Shown piece by piece: positions 15,641 to 24,233 of a stretch of DNA of 34,696 nt; within the stretch, counting starts at the first letter, position 1, and the number at the start of each line of letters is the position of its first letter. Source of the DNA: a virus. Made by a program: the position numbers and the translations under genes. Where the stretch lies: the UHGV virus genome UHGV-0412376, one strand, 5' to 3'. The notes beneath the pieces are model-generated. The model did no database searches. It was not told the origin of the DNA and was given only the letters and a program-made list of their open reading frames with translations.

Positions 15641-16381
15641 GTGGGACCGGGCGAACCTCCCCGCCAGACCGTCCTGCGCGGAAGAAACGAAACAGACACC
15701 CTTCAGGGCTACGGCTTGACGCTGCCCATCCCTGACGCCTTGCTGGGCGTCAACCGGGAAAAGGCGCAGGCCATCACCCTGGCGGAATACAAACTCATCG
15801 AATCGCAGTTTGTGACGTCGTACGAATACGAACGCGCCAAGCTCCTGATGAGCCAGCTTCCGGCCGCTTCCGGGATGGGTGACTGGGCCAACCAGCAGAA
15901 AAACCCGTTGGCGGATCTGGACCAGGCGATCCTGTCCATCAACGCCGCAACCGGACACATGCCGAACACGATTGTCTTCGGAATCAACGCGTGGCAGCTG
16001 CTTCGCTCCAACACTCTCGCGCGCCAGGTGGTTTCCTTCAACAGCGTCGGCCTGTTCAACGAAGACCTTCTTCGCATGGCTCTGATCCGTCCTATCCGGG
16101 ATATTTACATCGCGTCCATGCCGTACCGCGACGCTTCCGGCGACGCGAAAACCATCATGGAAAACGAAGTCTATGTTCTGTACAAGGAAGATTCCCCGAC
16201 GCAGTTCGACGCTTCCGCCGTTAAAACCTTCGGGCTTTCCGGCAAGCTTCGCCGCGAAGTCATCACCGAATACAAGCCGACGCCGGCCTTGACGCTCGTC
16301 ACCAACCGGGTCTACTCGCTGACCAAGCTGACCAACCCCGGCGCCATCATCCGCATCGACGCGACGGCCTCCTCCGATTAA
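15641..16381 (+). CDS. Major capsid protein. The N-terminus probably extends upstream to about 15500.
   Basis: It follows the protease/scaffold gene. The in-frame upstream region 15500-15640 has no stop and no canonical start (see findings). Confidence 0.5.
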   Translation: MGPGEPPRQTVLRGRNETDTLQGYGLTLPIPDALLGVNREKAQAITLAEYKLIESQFVTSYEYERAKLLMSQLPAASGMGDWANQQKNPLADLDQAILSINAATGHMPNTIVFGINAWQLLRSNTLARQVVSFNSVGLFNEDLLRMALIRPIRDIYIASMPYRDASGDAKTIMENEVYVLYKEDSPTQFDASAVKTFGLSGKLRREVITEYKPTPALTLVTNRVYSLTKLTNPGAIIRIDATASSD

Positions 16382-16400
16382 CCCCAACCCCGCCTCCATC

Positions 16401-16877
16401 ATGTCCGCCTTTCCTGCCTGGTCCACGATTTCCACCGACGAAGCCGATCGGCTGCTCGGCCTCAACACCGCCGAACGCGACGCCCTGGTGACCGCCGGGG
16501 AGCAGCGCAGCCTGGACTATCGGGACGTCATGATGGAGGCGGTCAACGATGTCTGCATGACCATCCGCGGGGCGCTGGCCAACAACCTCGCCCTGCGGCA
16601 ATCCCTACAAAACAGCGGCATGTACGACATCCCGCAAAGCATGCGGTCACTGGCATGGCCGCTAATCATCCGGCAGCTCTACCTGCGCTACCAGATCAAC
16701 CTGACCGAGACGCGCCAGAAGGCCGCCGAATCGGCGGACGCGATGCTGGCGCTCTACGCCAAAGGGGACATGCTGCCGGAAAGCGTGGACGGTTCCGCGC
16801 CCGCGGATCCCGCCTACATGATGCCGCGCTACACGCGCCGCCCCTGGTTCAACCCCATGCGAAGCACCTACCGATGA
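16401..16877 (+). CDS. Head completion / connector-associated protein (hypothetical).
   Basis: 158-aa ORF directly after the capsid gene. Confidence 0.45.
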   Translation: MSAFPAWSTISTDEADRLLGLNTAERDALVTAGEQRSLDYRDVMMEAVNDVCMTIRGALANNLALRQSLQNSGMYDIPQSMRSLAWPLIIRQLYLRYQINLTETRQKAAESADAMLALYAKGDMLPESVDGSAPADPAYMMPRYTRRPWFNPMRSTYR

Positions 16878-18010
16878 TGACCGCCGCCCAGATGGAGATG
16901 ATCGCCAACGACTACGCCGAACGCGCCTTCTTCGTGTCCGGGGTAGAACCCGGCGTCATCCTGTCCGATTTCGAGGACAAGGCGTCCCAGGTCGCCTCGG
17001 GGGCCTTGAGCTACGAGGAAGCGCAGCAGGCCATCCGCGCAACCCTGCGCCAGCAGGGCTACCGCCCCCCGGCGACGGGGCAGGGAGGCATTCAGGATTT
17101 GTCCTCCTGGGTCCGTATCCAGGTCGTCATGGAAACAAACGCGGCCATGGCCCACGGCTACCGGAACTGGTACAACTGGACGATGGACGACGACACGGCC
17201 GCCTTCAAATTTTACCGCTCCCAGGGGCGGGAAGACCCGCGCTATTGGGCCGAACGCTGGAACCGTGCCCGGGCCGGGCTGGAAGAAGAAGCCACGGAAG
17301 CGGTATCATCCGGCTTCATCCGCGGCGAGATCGTCGGCTATGCGCTGGCGGCCTCCGATATCTGGATCCGTCTCTCGCGGTTCGGAACGCCTTACCCGCC
17401 CTTTGACTACCTGTCCGGCATGAACATCGCCCCCGTGGGCGCCGAAGAAGCCCGCGCGGCCGGTCTGGACGTGTCGCGCGTCCGTCCCGCTCCCGCCAGC
17501 TTCAACGCCACGTTGGAAAGCAACGCCAAAGGCGTGACGGAATCCAACAAGAAGAAGATCCGCCGCATCCTGAAAGACGCCGTGCGCGTCAAGGCCGGGA
17601 ACGACGGCAATACCACCTTTACCTACACGGACCCGAACGGGACGCGCCCTTACACGGACGCGGAACTGGCGGACGTCCTGTCCGGGGATTTCCCGGAAGA
17701 GATCCCCTTGCGGCAGGCCCAGGCCTTCCGCCTGGCGGCAGCCGGGGGAGCCGTGGCCGGAACGCTGGCGGCCCTCTACCTGGACCGACTGCTGGACCGC
17801 CTGTTCTCCGAGCCAGAAGGCGTCTGGTACGCCCGGCCCGCGGACGTGGCCGCCGCGTCCTCCCGCCAGTATATCCCCGTTTCCCGGAAGGAAGAGGGGG
17901 AATTCACCTGGCGCCTTGCCTCCGGGCACGTCAAAAAAGTGGAAGACGTCGCCGGAGCTCTCCGCGTGGAACTTCCAACCCCTTATGTTTTGCCCGTCAA
18001 ATGGCTGTAA
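16874..18010 (+). CDS. Structural protein (hypothetical). The ATG at 16874 is preferred over the track start at 16655.
   Basis: The ATGATGA junction with the upstream stop gives translational coupling. Using the 16655 start would create a 220-bp overlap with the upstream gene. Confidence 0.5.
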   Translation: MMTAAQMEMIANDYAERAFFVSGVEPGVILSDFEDKASQVASGALSYEEAQQAIRATLRQQGYRPPATGQGGIQDLSSWVRIQVVMETNAAMAHGYRNWYNWTMDDDTAAFKFYRSQGREDPRYWAERWNRARAGLEEEATEAVSSGFIRGEIVGYALAASDIWIRLSRFGTPYPPFDYLSGMNIAPVGAEEARAAGLDVSRVRPAPASFNATLESNAKGVTESNKKKIRRILKDAVRVKAGNDGNTTFTYTDPNGTRPYTDAELADVLSGDFPEEIPLRQAQAFRLAAAGGAVAGTLAALYLDRLLDRLFSEPEGVWYARPADVAAASSRQYIPVSRKEEGEFTWRLASGHVKKVEDVAGALRVELPTPYVLPVKWL

Positions 18011-18669
18011 CCATCCATATCGACAAGACCGCGATTGACCGGGCGTTTGCCGAGATGGAGCCGTCCGCGGCCCGGCACAAAACCGCCCTCCGCAAGGCCG
18101 GAGTCGCCCTGAGTCTGCTTATCCAGGAAACCCTGCGCCAGCAGGGCAAGGACTACTACGATAGCGCGGCGGACGCCACCGCCATGGAAGAAACCGCCGA
18201 GGGCGTCAGCGTCTCCATTGCCTGGCGCGGTATCGGCCTGCACTGGCTCGGCACCCAGGGCTATTTGGGCGGCCCGCTCCGGCCCACGGGGCGCACCTCG
18301 GAAATCACGGGGCAGCCGATCCAAAACCTCGCGATTCCCACCATCAACGCCCCGCGCGGGCATGGAGGGGCCCGGAGCATTTACAGCGCCGGGTTCCGCA
18401 AAGACGATTTACAATTCATCCCGTCCAGAAACGGAGGACGCAACGGCAATGTGACCGGCGTCCTCATCCTCAAGACGGCGCAGTCGTCCACCGGAAAGAA
18501 AGCGGCCCGGAAGCTGTTCCGCAAAGGAGCCAGAACCGGGGACGTCCTCTACGTGCTTTGCCGCGAAGTCACGATCCCGCCCACGCCGGGGATCCTCCCG
18601 ACGCTGGACCGGATGGCGCAGCGCGCCGCGGAAACCTACCTTGCCAACATCGTAAACAACGAACCATGA
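18001..18669 (+). CDS. Hypothetical structural protein in the head-tail joining region.
   Basis: 222-aa ORF with coupled stops and starts. Confidence 0.5.
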   Translation: MAVTIHIDKTAIDRAFAEMEPSAARHKTALRKAGVALSLLIQETLRQQGKDYYDSAADATAMEETAEGVSVSIAWRGIGLHWLGTQGYLGGPLRPTGRTSEITGQPIQNLAIPTINAPRGHGGARSIYSAGFRKDDLQFIPSRNGGRNGNVTGVLILKTAQSSTGKKAARKLFRKGARTGDVLYVLCREVTIPPTPGILPTLDRMAQRAAETYLANIVNNEP

Positions 18670-19196
18670 TCCCCTCCATCGACCAAACCATGTGCCGGCG
18701 CCTCATTGAGCGCCTCAAGAGCCTGGGAGCGCTGAACTGCCACATCTTCGAACGGCCCTTCGACCCACAGTACGCCGCCAACGACATCATCATGTCGGCG
18801 ATGGGAAACAACGGCGTTGTTCTGGTGTGTCCCGGGGACGCGGCAGAATACCAGGACGGGCACGGACAAACGGAAGCGCCGACGATGTGGCGTCAGTATT
18901 TCATCATCGCCTCCATTTATCACAACGCGTCCCTGTTCCCGGCGGCATGCCTGACGCCTGATTATTATCTTCGGGCGGTGGGGGACGTGATTGAAGAAGC
19001 CCTGTGGAACTGGAATCCTCTTCCCTTTTCCGCACCGGCGATGATGAAACCCAAAATCAAAGGCCGTTTTTCCTCCTCCGCCATCATTGACGGCGAGAAG
19101 CGGCAAATGAACGTTTTGACCGTGGATTACCGTGTCCCGGTTAATATTAACATGAGAACCAAGCCAGAATTCTATGAACAAAGCATCAACAACTGA
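18666..19196 (+). CDS. Hypothetical structural protein.
   Basis: ATG at 18666 overlaps the upstream TGA, inside track ORF 18558..19196. Confidence 0.5.
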   Translation: MIPSIDQTMCRRLIERLKSLGALNCHIFERPFDPQYAANDIIMSAMGNNGVVLVCPGDAAEYQDGHGQTEAPTMWRQYFIIASIYHNASLFPAACLTPDYYLRAVGDVIEEALWNWNPLPFSAPAMMKPKIKGRFSSSAIIDGEKRQMNVLTVDYRVPVNINMRTKPEFYEQSINN

Positions 19197-19440
19197 CAAG
19201 AAGGCCGTGCGGAAGAACGTCCCGAAGCCGGACGAATCTTCCGAAACCGCCGGCAAAACGCCGTCCGCACCGGACGAAAAGAAGAAAACAACTGACAAGA
19301 AGGCCGTGCGGGTCATTCGCACCCGCGCCGAACTGGACGGAGGGCTGGTGATCAGCCTCTCCATGAAAACCGACACCCCGGAACTTCCCGCGACCATCGC
19401 GGAAGCTCTGGCAACCCTCAACCTTGTTGACATCAAATGA
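19174..19440 (+). CDS. Hypothetical protein containing a 25-bp in-frame DNA duplication.
   Basis: CAACTGACAAGAAGGCCGTGCGG occurs at 19188 and again at 19288, giving TTDKKAVR twice in the protein. Confidence 0.4.
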   Translation: MNKASTTDKKAVRKNVPKPDESSETAGKTPSAPDEKKKTTDKKAVRVIRTRAELDGGLVISLSMKTDTPELPATIAEALATLNLVDIK

Positions 19441-19634
19441 GCAAAGCAACTGCAGCCAACACCGAACCGGAGAAGAAGACGGAGCAGGCCGCCGTCATCG
19501 ACACGAACATTCTCATTCTGGCCAAAGAAGTGAGGATAGGGCGTTCAACGTTCTTGAAAGGAGCGCATATTCGTGTTACGAAAGAACTCGCCGATAAACT
19601 GGAAGCCGACGGCAAGGCATCCATCATCTACTAA
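19437..19634 (+). CDS. Hypothetical protein.
   Basis: 65-aa ORF coupled to the upstream gene. Confidence 0.4.
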   Translation: MSKATAANTEPEKKTEQAAVIDTNILILAKEVRIGRSTFLKGAHIRVTKELADKLEADGKASIIY

Positions 19635-19741
19635 CCGTTTCAAGCATCAGGGCTACTACATACGACCCCACCTTTACCAACCGCAACGTAACGCCGCAGA
19701 TTACCGGCGTTCTAGCTATTTTCCTCCCCGACGGCATCAAG

Positions 19742-20299
19742 GTGACTGAAGACGAGGGAGCTTCTTACGTCACCGGGCCGGACCAGTTTCCGACGCCTCC
19801 GACGTCTCCGCCAACGGATCCGACCGCCGGGCCTGAACAGCCCTGGGTGAGCTTCGGGCTGCTGGGAGCGTTCCAGTCCGTCGCCACCCAGGTCGAAGGG
19901 GAAGTGACGCGCTTTTACGGCGGTGCGCTGGGATATCGCCAGCAGCGCAAGAACACCACGACCGGCAAGCGGATGACCTTCACCACGCCGGACATGTCCC
20001 CCGAATGGTTCCAGCTTTCTTTCGCCTTGGGAGCGCCTCCCGCCAACGGCGAGGAATCGACCACCGTCGGACATGGCGGCGACAATAAGATTGAGGGGTA
20101 TCTTCACTTCTGGTATCAGAACGACGTGGGTACTATCTATCTGGTCGGAACGGCGCATGGCGCCTTGCGCCTCCTGCAGGATCCCGAACACACCACGGCG
20201 ATTGCTTCACCCCAGTTCGAGTTCGAAATGGATTATCGCGGCAAGTACCAGTTCACGCCCTCCAATGTGCAGGACGTGACGCCGGCGCCGGGTTCCTGA
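19742..20299 (+). CDS. Putative major tail protein.
   Basis: 185-aa beta-rich protein with a GTG start. It is followed by a strong hairpin and a T-tract, as often seen after highly expressed major tail genes. Confidence 0.35.
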   Translation: MTEDEGASYVTGPDQFPTPPTSPPTDPTAGPEQPWVSFGLLGAFQSVATQVEGEVTRFYGGALGYRQQRKNTTTGKRMTFTTPDMSPEWFQLSFALGAPPANGEESTTVGHGGDNKIEGYLHFWYQNDVGTIYLVGTAHGALRLLQDPEHTTAIASPQFEFEMDYRGKYQFTPSNVQDVTPAPGS

Positions 20300-20311
20300 C
20301 GCGTTTCACCA

Positions 20312-20347
20312 GGGGGCGCGCTGCGCCCCCGCATCCTCTTTTTTTTT
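20312..20347 (+). terminator. GC hairpin GGGGGCGC-gct-GCGCCCCC followed 8 nt later by a T9 run. This is either an intrinsic terminator or a recoding stimulator.
   Basis: Perfect 8-bp inverted repeat read from the sequence. The T-tract runs 20339-20347. Confidence 0.45.
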
Positions 20348-20416
20348 CTCAGGCAGCAGGCAGGCAAATACGATATCCGGACCGTCACAGGGCTGAACCA
20401 GTCCCTGGTCGTCCGC

Positions 20417-22360
20417 GTGGTGGATTTTCAGGGCGATCCCGTCGATATGAGCGGCGTCACCCTGCGCGGCGCTGTCCGTCTCAAGACGGGCGTGACGGAG
20501 TTCGGCTTTTCACGCGATGACGAGGGCAACGGCGTTATTTCCTGGGCTTCGGTTCCCGCGGGCATGTGGTCCTACGACGTCTTCATGGACGACGGCAGCG
20601 AGGAAAACCCGCTCCTCTACGGACGCTTTGTTTCTTCGGGCCGGGTGACGCCGGACTTGCCGGACGAACAGCAGGCCGTGGCGGGCGCGGTCGTCGTGCA
20701 GCTGCCGGAAGGAAGCGGCTGCGTGCAGGTCATGCTTGACAACGCGTCCAGCGCCGCCTGGTACGCGGAACAGGCCAAAAAGTACGCCGAGAATTTTAAT
20801 CTGTCCGTGGGTCAGGTCACCACCGGGGAACCGGGGACGCCCGCCAACGCGGAAGCCGTCAAGGGAACTGAATCAGGATCCTATCTGCTCAATTTCACGA
20901 TTCCCCGCGGGGATGTTGGTCCTCAGGGACCGTCAGGCCCGCAGGGTGAACGGGGTGAAACCGGCCCCGAAGGGCCGCAAGGCCCACGCGGCGAAACCGG
21001 GGAACGTGGACCTCAGGGAGATACGGGCGAGCAGGGACCGAAGGGAGAGACAGGCCCGGCGGGGCCCCAAGGCCCGGAGGGCCCCCAGGGGCCGGAAGGT
21101 CCGGCAGGACCCCAGGGACCACAAGGGGAAAAGGGAGAGCCCGGGACGCTGACGTCCAACGTCGGCGACGTCAACATCGGGGGAGCCCTGACCGCTGAAT
21201 CGGCTACTATCAACGGGCCTCTGGTCGTCAACAACCCGGACGGAAGCGGAAGCGCCGGAACCCTGAATCAGATTTACGGAATCACCAGGTTTTATCAGTC
21301 CGTTGATCTTCGTTCGGGCGGCTTGCTGCGCGGGACATTCATGGTAGAGACCGGCATCCTGAATATTTCCCAGGGCGCCAGCTTCAACTGCGCGGGGGCG
21401 GCCACGTTCTCAAGCGCCGTCAACGCCAACGGCGGCATCAACATCCCGCTTGCCGCGGGCGCGCCGGCCAATGAATCCGGCGTCAACCGGCTTTATGCGG
21501 CGGGCATGGGAGGCGCGGCCAATACTTATACGGCAGGGGCGTTTCTGAATACGGACTCCCTGACCACGACCGGGACGGCCACGGTTACTAAAACGGTTCC
21601 CTGGCAGATGGCCCGCATCGGTATTCCCGCGGGATCTCACACAACCATTCAGGCTCCCTTTGAAGGACCCTCTTCCCAATGGAATTACTCTTCCTGGGCC
21701 GGCTTTTCGTTTGTCTGGCGGGCTACCGCCGCCGCAAAGCTGACGATGGGCATCGGACGCGGAGCGAAAACAATCAGGACGGACCTCACCACGGATTCCT
21801 ACACGATCATTCCGGGGAATGGCCTGGCCTTTAATTCCGGGGAGATTCTGGACATCACCTTTGACAATGTGAGAGACACGGCCCGCAACGGCTACACGGT
21901 GCGGGTGCGTGAGATTTACGCGCTCAACTCCACGGATGGGTGGCAGGTCAAGACGACGACCAGCTTTATTCCCGCGACGCAGAACGAGCCCATCCCGTGG
22001 ACGGTCTGCAAGATTATTTACCAGCAGCAGGCGGTTGCCAACAGCAGCGTTTATGAAAACCTGGGAGGGCTCTGGCTGATGGTCACGGGAGCGCAAACCA
22101 ATAATCTGTACAAAATCGCCACTTGCCGCGGCGTCTCCAATTTTGAGACCGGCGTCGGCGTTTCCCGGTGGGTGACGGACGTGATCAACATCACCAGCGG
22201 AACGGCTTCCGTTTACGCCGGGCCCGGCGAATATGCCTATTACCAGCCGGGGAATATCAACCCGCTTTTCTACGGGTTGGACGCGATAGGAACGAATGCC
22301 GTTGAATCCGAGGAAACCGCAGCTTTTGAAGATATTAACGTACCCATTGAAGAATCATGA
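20417..22360 (+). CDS. Collagen-like repeat tail fibre protein.
   Basis: About 27 consecutive Gly-X-Y triplets ([28 protein letters not shown]...GEKGEPG) lie at 20906-21150. A Gly/Ala/Thr-rich beta domain follows. The upstream in-frame region is open back to the TGA at 20297. Confidence 0.7.
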   Translation: MVDFQGDPVDMSGVTLRGAVRLKTGVTEFGFSRDDEGNGVISWASVPAGMWSYDVFMDDGSEENPLLYGRFVSSGRVTPDLPDEQQAVAGAVVVQLPEGSGCVQVMLDNASSAAWYAEQAKKYAENFNLSVGQVTTGEPGTPANAEAVKGTESGSYLLNFTIPRGDVGPQGPSGPQGERGETGPEGPQGPRGETGERGPQGDTGEQGPKGETGPAGPQGPEGPQGPEGPAGPQGPQGEKGEPGTLTSNVGDVNIGGALTAESATINGPLVVNNPDGSGSAGTLNQIYGITRFYQSVDLRSGGLLRGTFMVETGILNISQGASFNCAGAATFSSAVNANGGINIPLAAGAPANESGVNRLYAAGMGGAANTYTAGAFLNTDSLTTTGTATVTKTVPWQMARIGIPAGSHTTIQAPFEGPSSQWNYSSWAGFSFVWRATAAAKLTMGIGRGAKTIRTDLTTDSYTIIPGNGLAFNSGEILDITFDNVRDTARNGYTVRVREIYALNSTDGWQVKTTTSFIPATQNEPIPWTVCKIIYQQQAVANSSVYENLGGLWLMVTGAQTNNLYKIATCRGVSNFETGVGVSRWVTDVINITSGTASVYAGPGEYAYYQPGNINPLFYGLDAIGTNAVESEETAAFEDINVPIEES

Positions 22361-22761
22361 ACGACGGAGAAATACAAATTCAGTTTCCTAAGCCCGGTAA
22401 CTGGCAGGAATTCATCCTGACAGCCATCTATCAGGATGCGGACGGGTTCACCCGTGTGGCCCGTTACACGCCTGCCGAAATTCCAGCGGAACAGGCCCCG
22501 GCCATGCAGGCGGTAGTGGCCGCGTTGGTTGGATTGTCGGAGCCATGGAAGGCCTGTCAGGTATGGGCGCGGCTGTGTGTGACTATGAATTATGATACTG
22601 CAAATGATCATAGCGAATATGTTTTTGCCGTGGATTTGACCGTGGAGGCCGTCAATCCTCAGGGCGGGCGCAGGGTGTTTACTTCCCGTGATTACCCGGC
22701 TTTTGTGATCACTGATCCTGCCGCCGTGGAGTTTTTCAAGTTTTTCACTACTAATCAATAA
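22357..22761 (+). CDS. Hypothetical protein, possibly fibre-associated or a chaperone.
   Basis: 134-aa ORF coupled to the fibre gene. Confidence 0.45.
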   Translation: MNDGEIQIQFPKPGNWQEFILTAIYQDADGFTRVARYTPAEIPAEQAPAMQAVVAALVGLSEPWKACQVWARLCVTMNYDTANDHSEYVFAVDLTVEAVNPQGGRRVFTSRDYPAFVITDPAAVEFFKFFTTNQ

Positions 22762-22773
22762 CAACATAATCAT

Positions 22774-23226
22774 ATGACTACTAATAATCAATGCAATCAT
22801 GCCGAGGCGATAGCCAAGGATTTTTACAGGGTAGTTTCCGAGGATAACGGCGGCGGCTGGAAGTCCTGGGAAGATTTAACCGATTCACAGCGGTCCGCGT
22901 TTGTGCGATTGGCGCAGCAAGCCCTGCCCATTATTGGCAGGCATGCGCTGGGGGATGTCCGTGACTATCTCGGTATTAAGGCTGCCGGCAAGTCTAGCTG
23001 GTGGGAAAAGGCCCTGTATGCCGCCGGAGCAGTTATTGCCGGGGCTATCCTTGGCGGCTTGGGAATGTCCCTCTCCGGCTGCGGGCACTCCGTGGACGTG
23101 ACGCCGGAAAAGACGGTGGTCTGTAAGGACGGCTCCTGCCTGGTGCTGGAACCGGGGCATATCTCCTACAGTCAGTCCCAGCCGGAAACGGATGTTCCTC
23201 CCATCGTGCAAACCATCAAGAAATAA
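22774..23226 (+). CDS. Membrane protein with a central TM helix; a candidate lysis-cassette component.
   Basis: TM segment ALYAAGAVIAGAILGGLGMSL. It lies upstream of the spanin-like protein and the amidase. Confidence 0.35.
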   Translation: MTTNNQCNHAEAIAKDFYRVVSEDNGGGWKSWEDLTDSQRSAFVRLAQQALPIIGRHALGDVRDYLGIKAAGKSSWWEKALYAAGAVIAGAILGGLGMSLSGCGHSVDVTPEKTVVCKDGSCLVLEPGHISYSQSQPETDVPPIVQTIKK

Positions 23227-23230
23227 CGCC

Positions 23231-23482
23231 ATGTGTAAGCTCTCCGAAGTACCGGCGCGGTTCCTGGATTTTGCCAAGGCTTCCCCCCTGCTTGCCTGCG
23301 TCATACTCTCGCTGGTCATTTGCGGTGCCGCCTGCTGGTACATCGGAGATGTCATGGGGCACCACAATGACAGGCTTTGCGACCTGATGACCATGCAGAC
23401 ACAGGCCCAGGTGGAGACCGCCAAAGTGCTCCAACTGCTTGCCGTCAGAATCGAAAACATAGAAAGAAAACTGGAAAAGTGA
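23231..23482 (+). CDS. Type-II membrane protein with a periplasmic coiled coil; i-spanin-like or holin-like.
   Basis: N-terminal TM ASPLLACVILSLVICGAACWYIG is followed by a coiled coil (QAQVETAKVLQLLAVRIENIERKLEK). Confidence 0.4.
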   Translation: MCKLSEVPARFLDFAKASPLLACVILSLVICGAACWYIGDVMGHHNDRLCDLMTMQTQAQVETAKVLQLLAVRIENIERKLEK

Positions 23483-23529
23483 ATAAGCTGCTGAACCCTT
23501 CCGTTCTGCTTCCCTTGATAGGGTGCGTG

Positions 23530-23631
23530 ATGGGCATTGCTTTTGCCGCATTCGACGACACGGTGGCGGGTGTTGCGGCGTTCTGTTTTCCCATCGCTAC
23601 TATGGTACTCTTGCGAGCATCGGGAAACTGA
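23530..23631 (+). CDS. Hydrophobic mini-protein of 33 aa in the lysis block.
   Basis: MGIAFAAFDDTVAGVAAFCFPIATMVLLRASGN, located directly upstream of the amidase. Confidence 0.3.
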   Translation: MGIAFAAFDDTVAGVAAFCFPIATMVLLRASGN

Positions 23632-23693
23632 CCAACTGTAAAGTTTTTCTTACAAGTTCAACAATATTAACAATCAACCATTAAAGGAGAATA

Positions 23694-24227
23694 ATCAGGA
23701 AAATAGCCATTGATATAGGCCACGCCAACAACACCGGAACCCGCGGAAACGGGCTTGAAGAACACGCCGTCGTCACGACTATCGCCGAACGCCTCGCCCC
23801 CATGCTGGAACGGCTGGGAGCCCGGGTGGACGTGATTGACTTCCCCAAGATGACCAATGCCCAGGACTTGAGCGATACCATCAAGGCCGCCAACGAAGGA
23901 GGCTATGACTTCGGAATTTCATTGCATTGCGATTCGGCCGACAATCCCCAGGCTCATGGCGCTCATGTATGTTTCTACCCGGGAAGCGTTAAAGGAAGCC
24001 GGCTTGCCATATGCATCGCGGAACCTCTTTCCCGGCTGCTGCCCGGACGGGCCAACACTGTGCAGTCGCGCCCGGGACTGGCCGTCCTGAAAAAGACCCG
24101 CTGTCCGTGGGTGCTCTGCGAATGCGGCTTCATCACCAATCCTGAAAACGCCTCTATTTTGAAGGACCATCCCGGACGCATTGCCGAAGCCATTGCGGAA
24201 GGGGTGAAGGACTACCTCAACCAGTAA
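23694..24227 (+). CDS. N-acetylmuramoyl-L-alanine amidase (Amidase_3) endolysin with no canonical start codon.
   Basis: IAIDIGHANNTGTRGNG...GISLHCDSAD...GFITNPEN are Amidase_3 motifs. A strong SD (AAGGAGA, 23684-90) is present, but no ATG/GTG/TTG lies in frame before the conserved N-terminus. The candidate start is ATC at 23694. Confidence 0.75.
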   Translation: MRKIAIDIGHANNTGTRGNGLEEHAVVTTIAERLAPMLERLGARVDVIDFPKMTNAQDLSDTIKAANEGGYDFGISLHCDSADNPQAHGAHVCFYPGSVKGSRLAICIAEPLSRLLPGRANTVQSRPGLAVLKKTRCPWVLCECGFITNPENASILKDHPGRIAEAIAEGVKDYLNQ

Positions 24228-24233
24228 CCGCCC

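Noticed and set aside
15347-16468. 373-aa - strand ORF across the capsid gene.
   Set aside because: It is antisense to the capsid gene and has low-complexity R/G/D composition, so it is a shadow frame.
10407-20299. Genome-wide TGA stop-codon reassignment, which could explain the in-frame gene pairs (replication gene/terminase small subunit, tail protein/fibre).
   Set aside because: Many genes terminate in TGA with immediately coupled ATG starts (for example 2477, 8356, 16875 and 18667). A replication-gene/terminase small-subunit fusion is biologically implausible. Local explanations are preferred.
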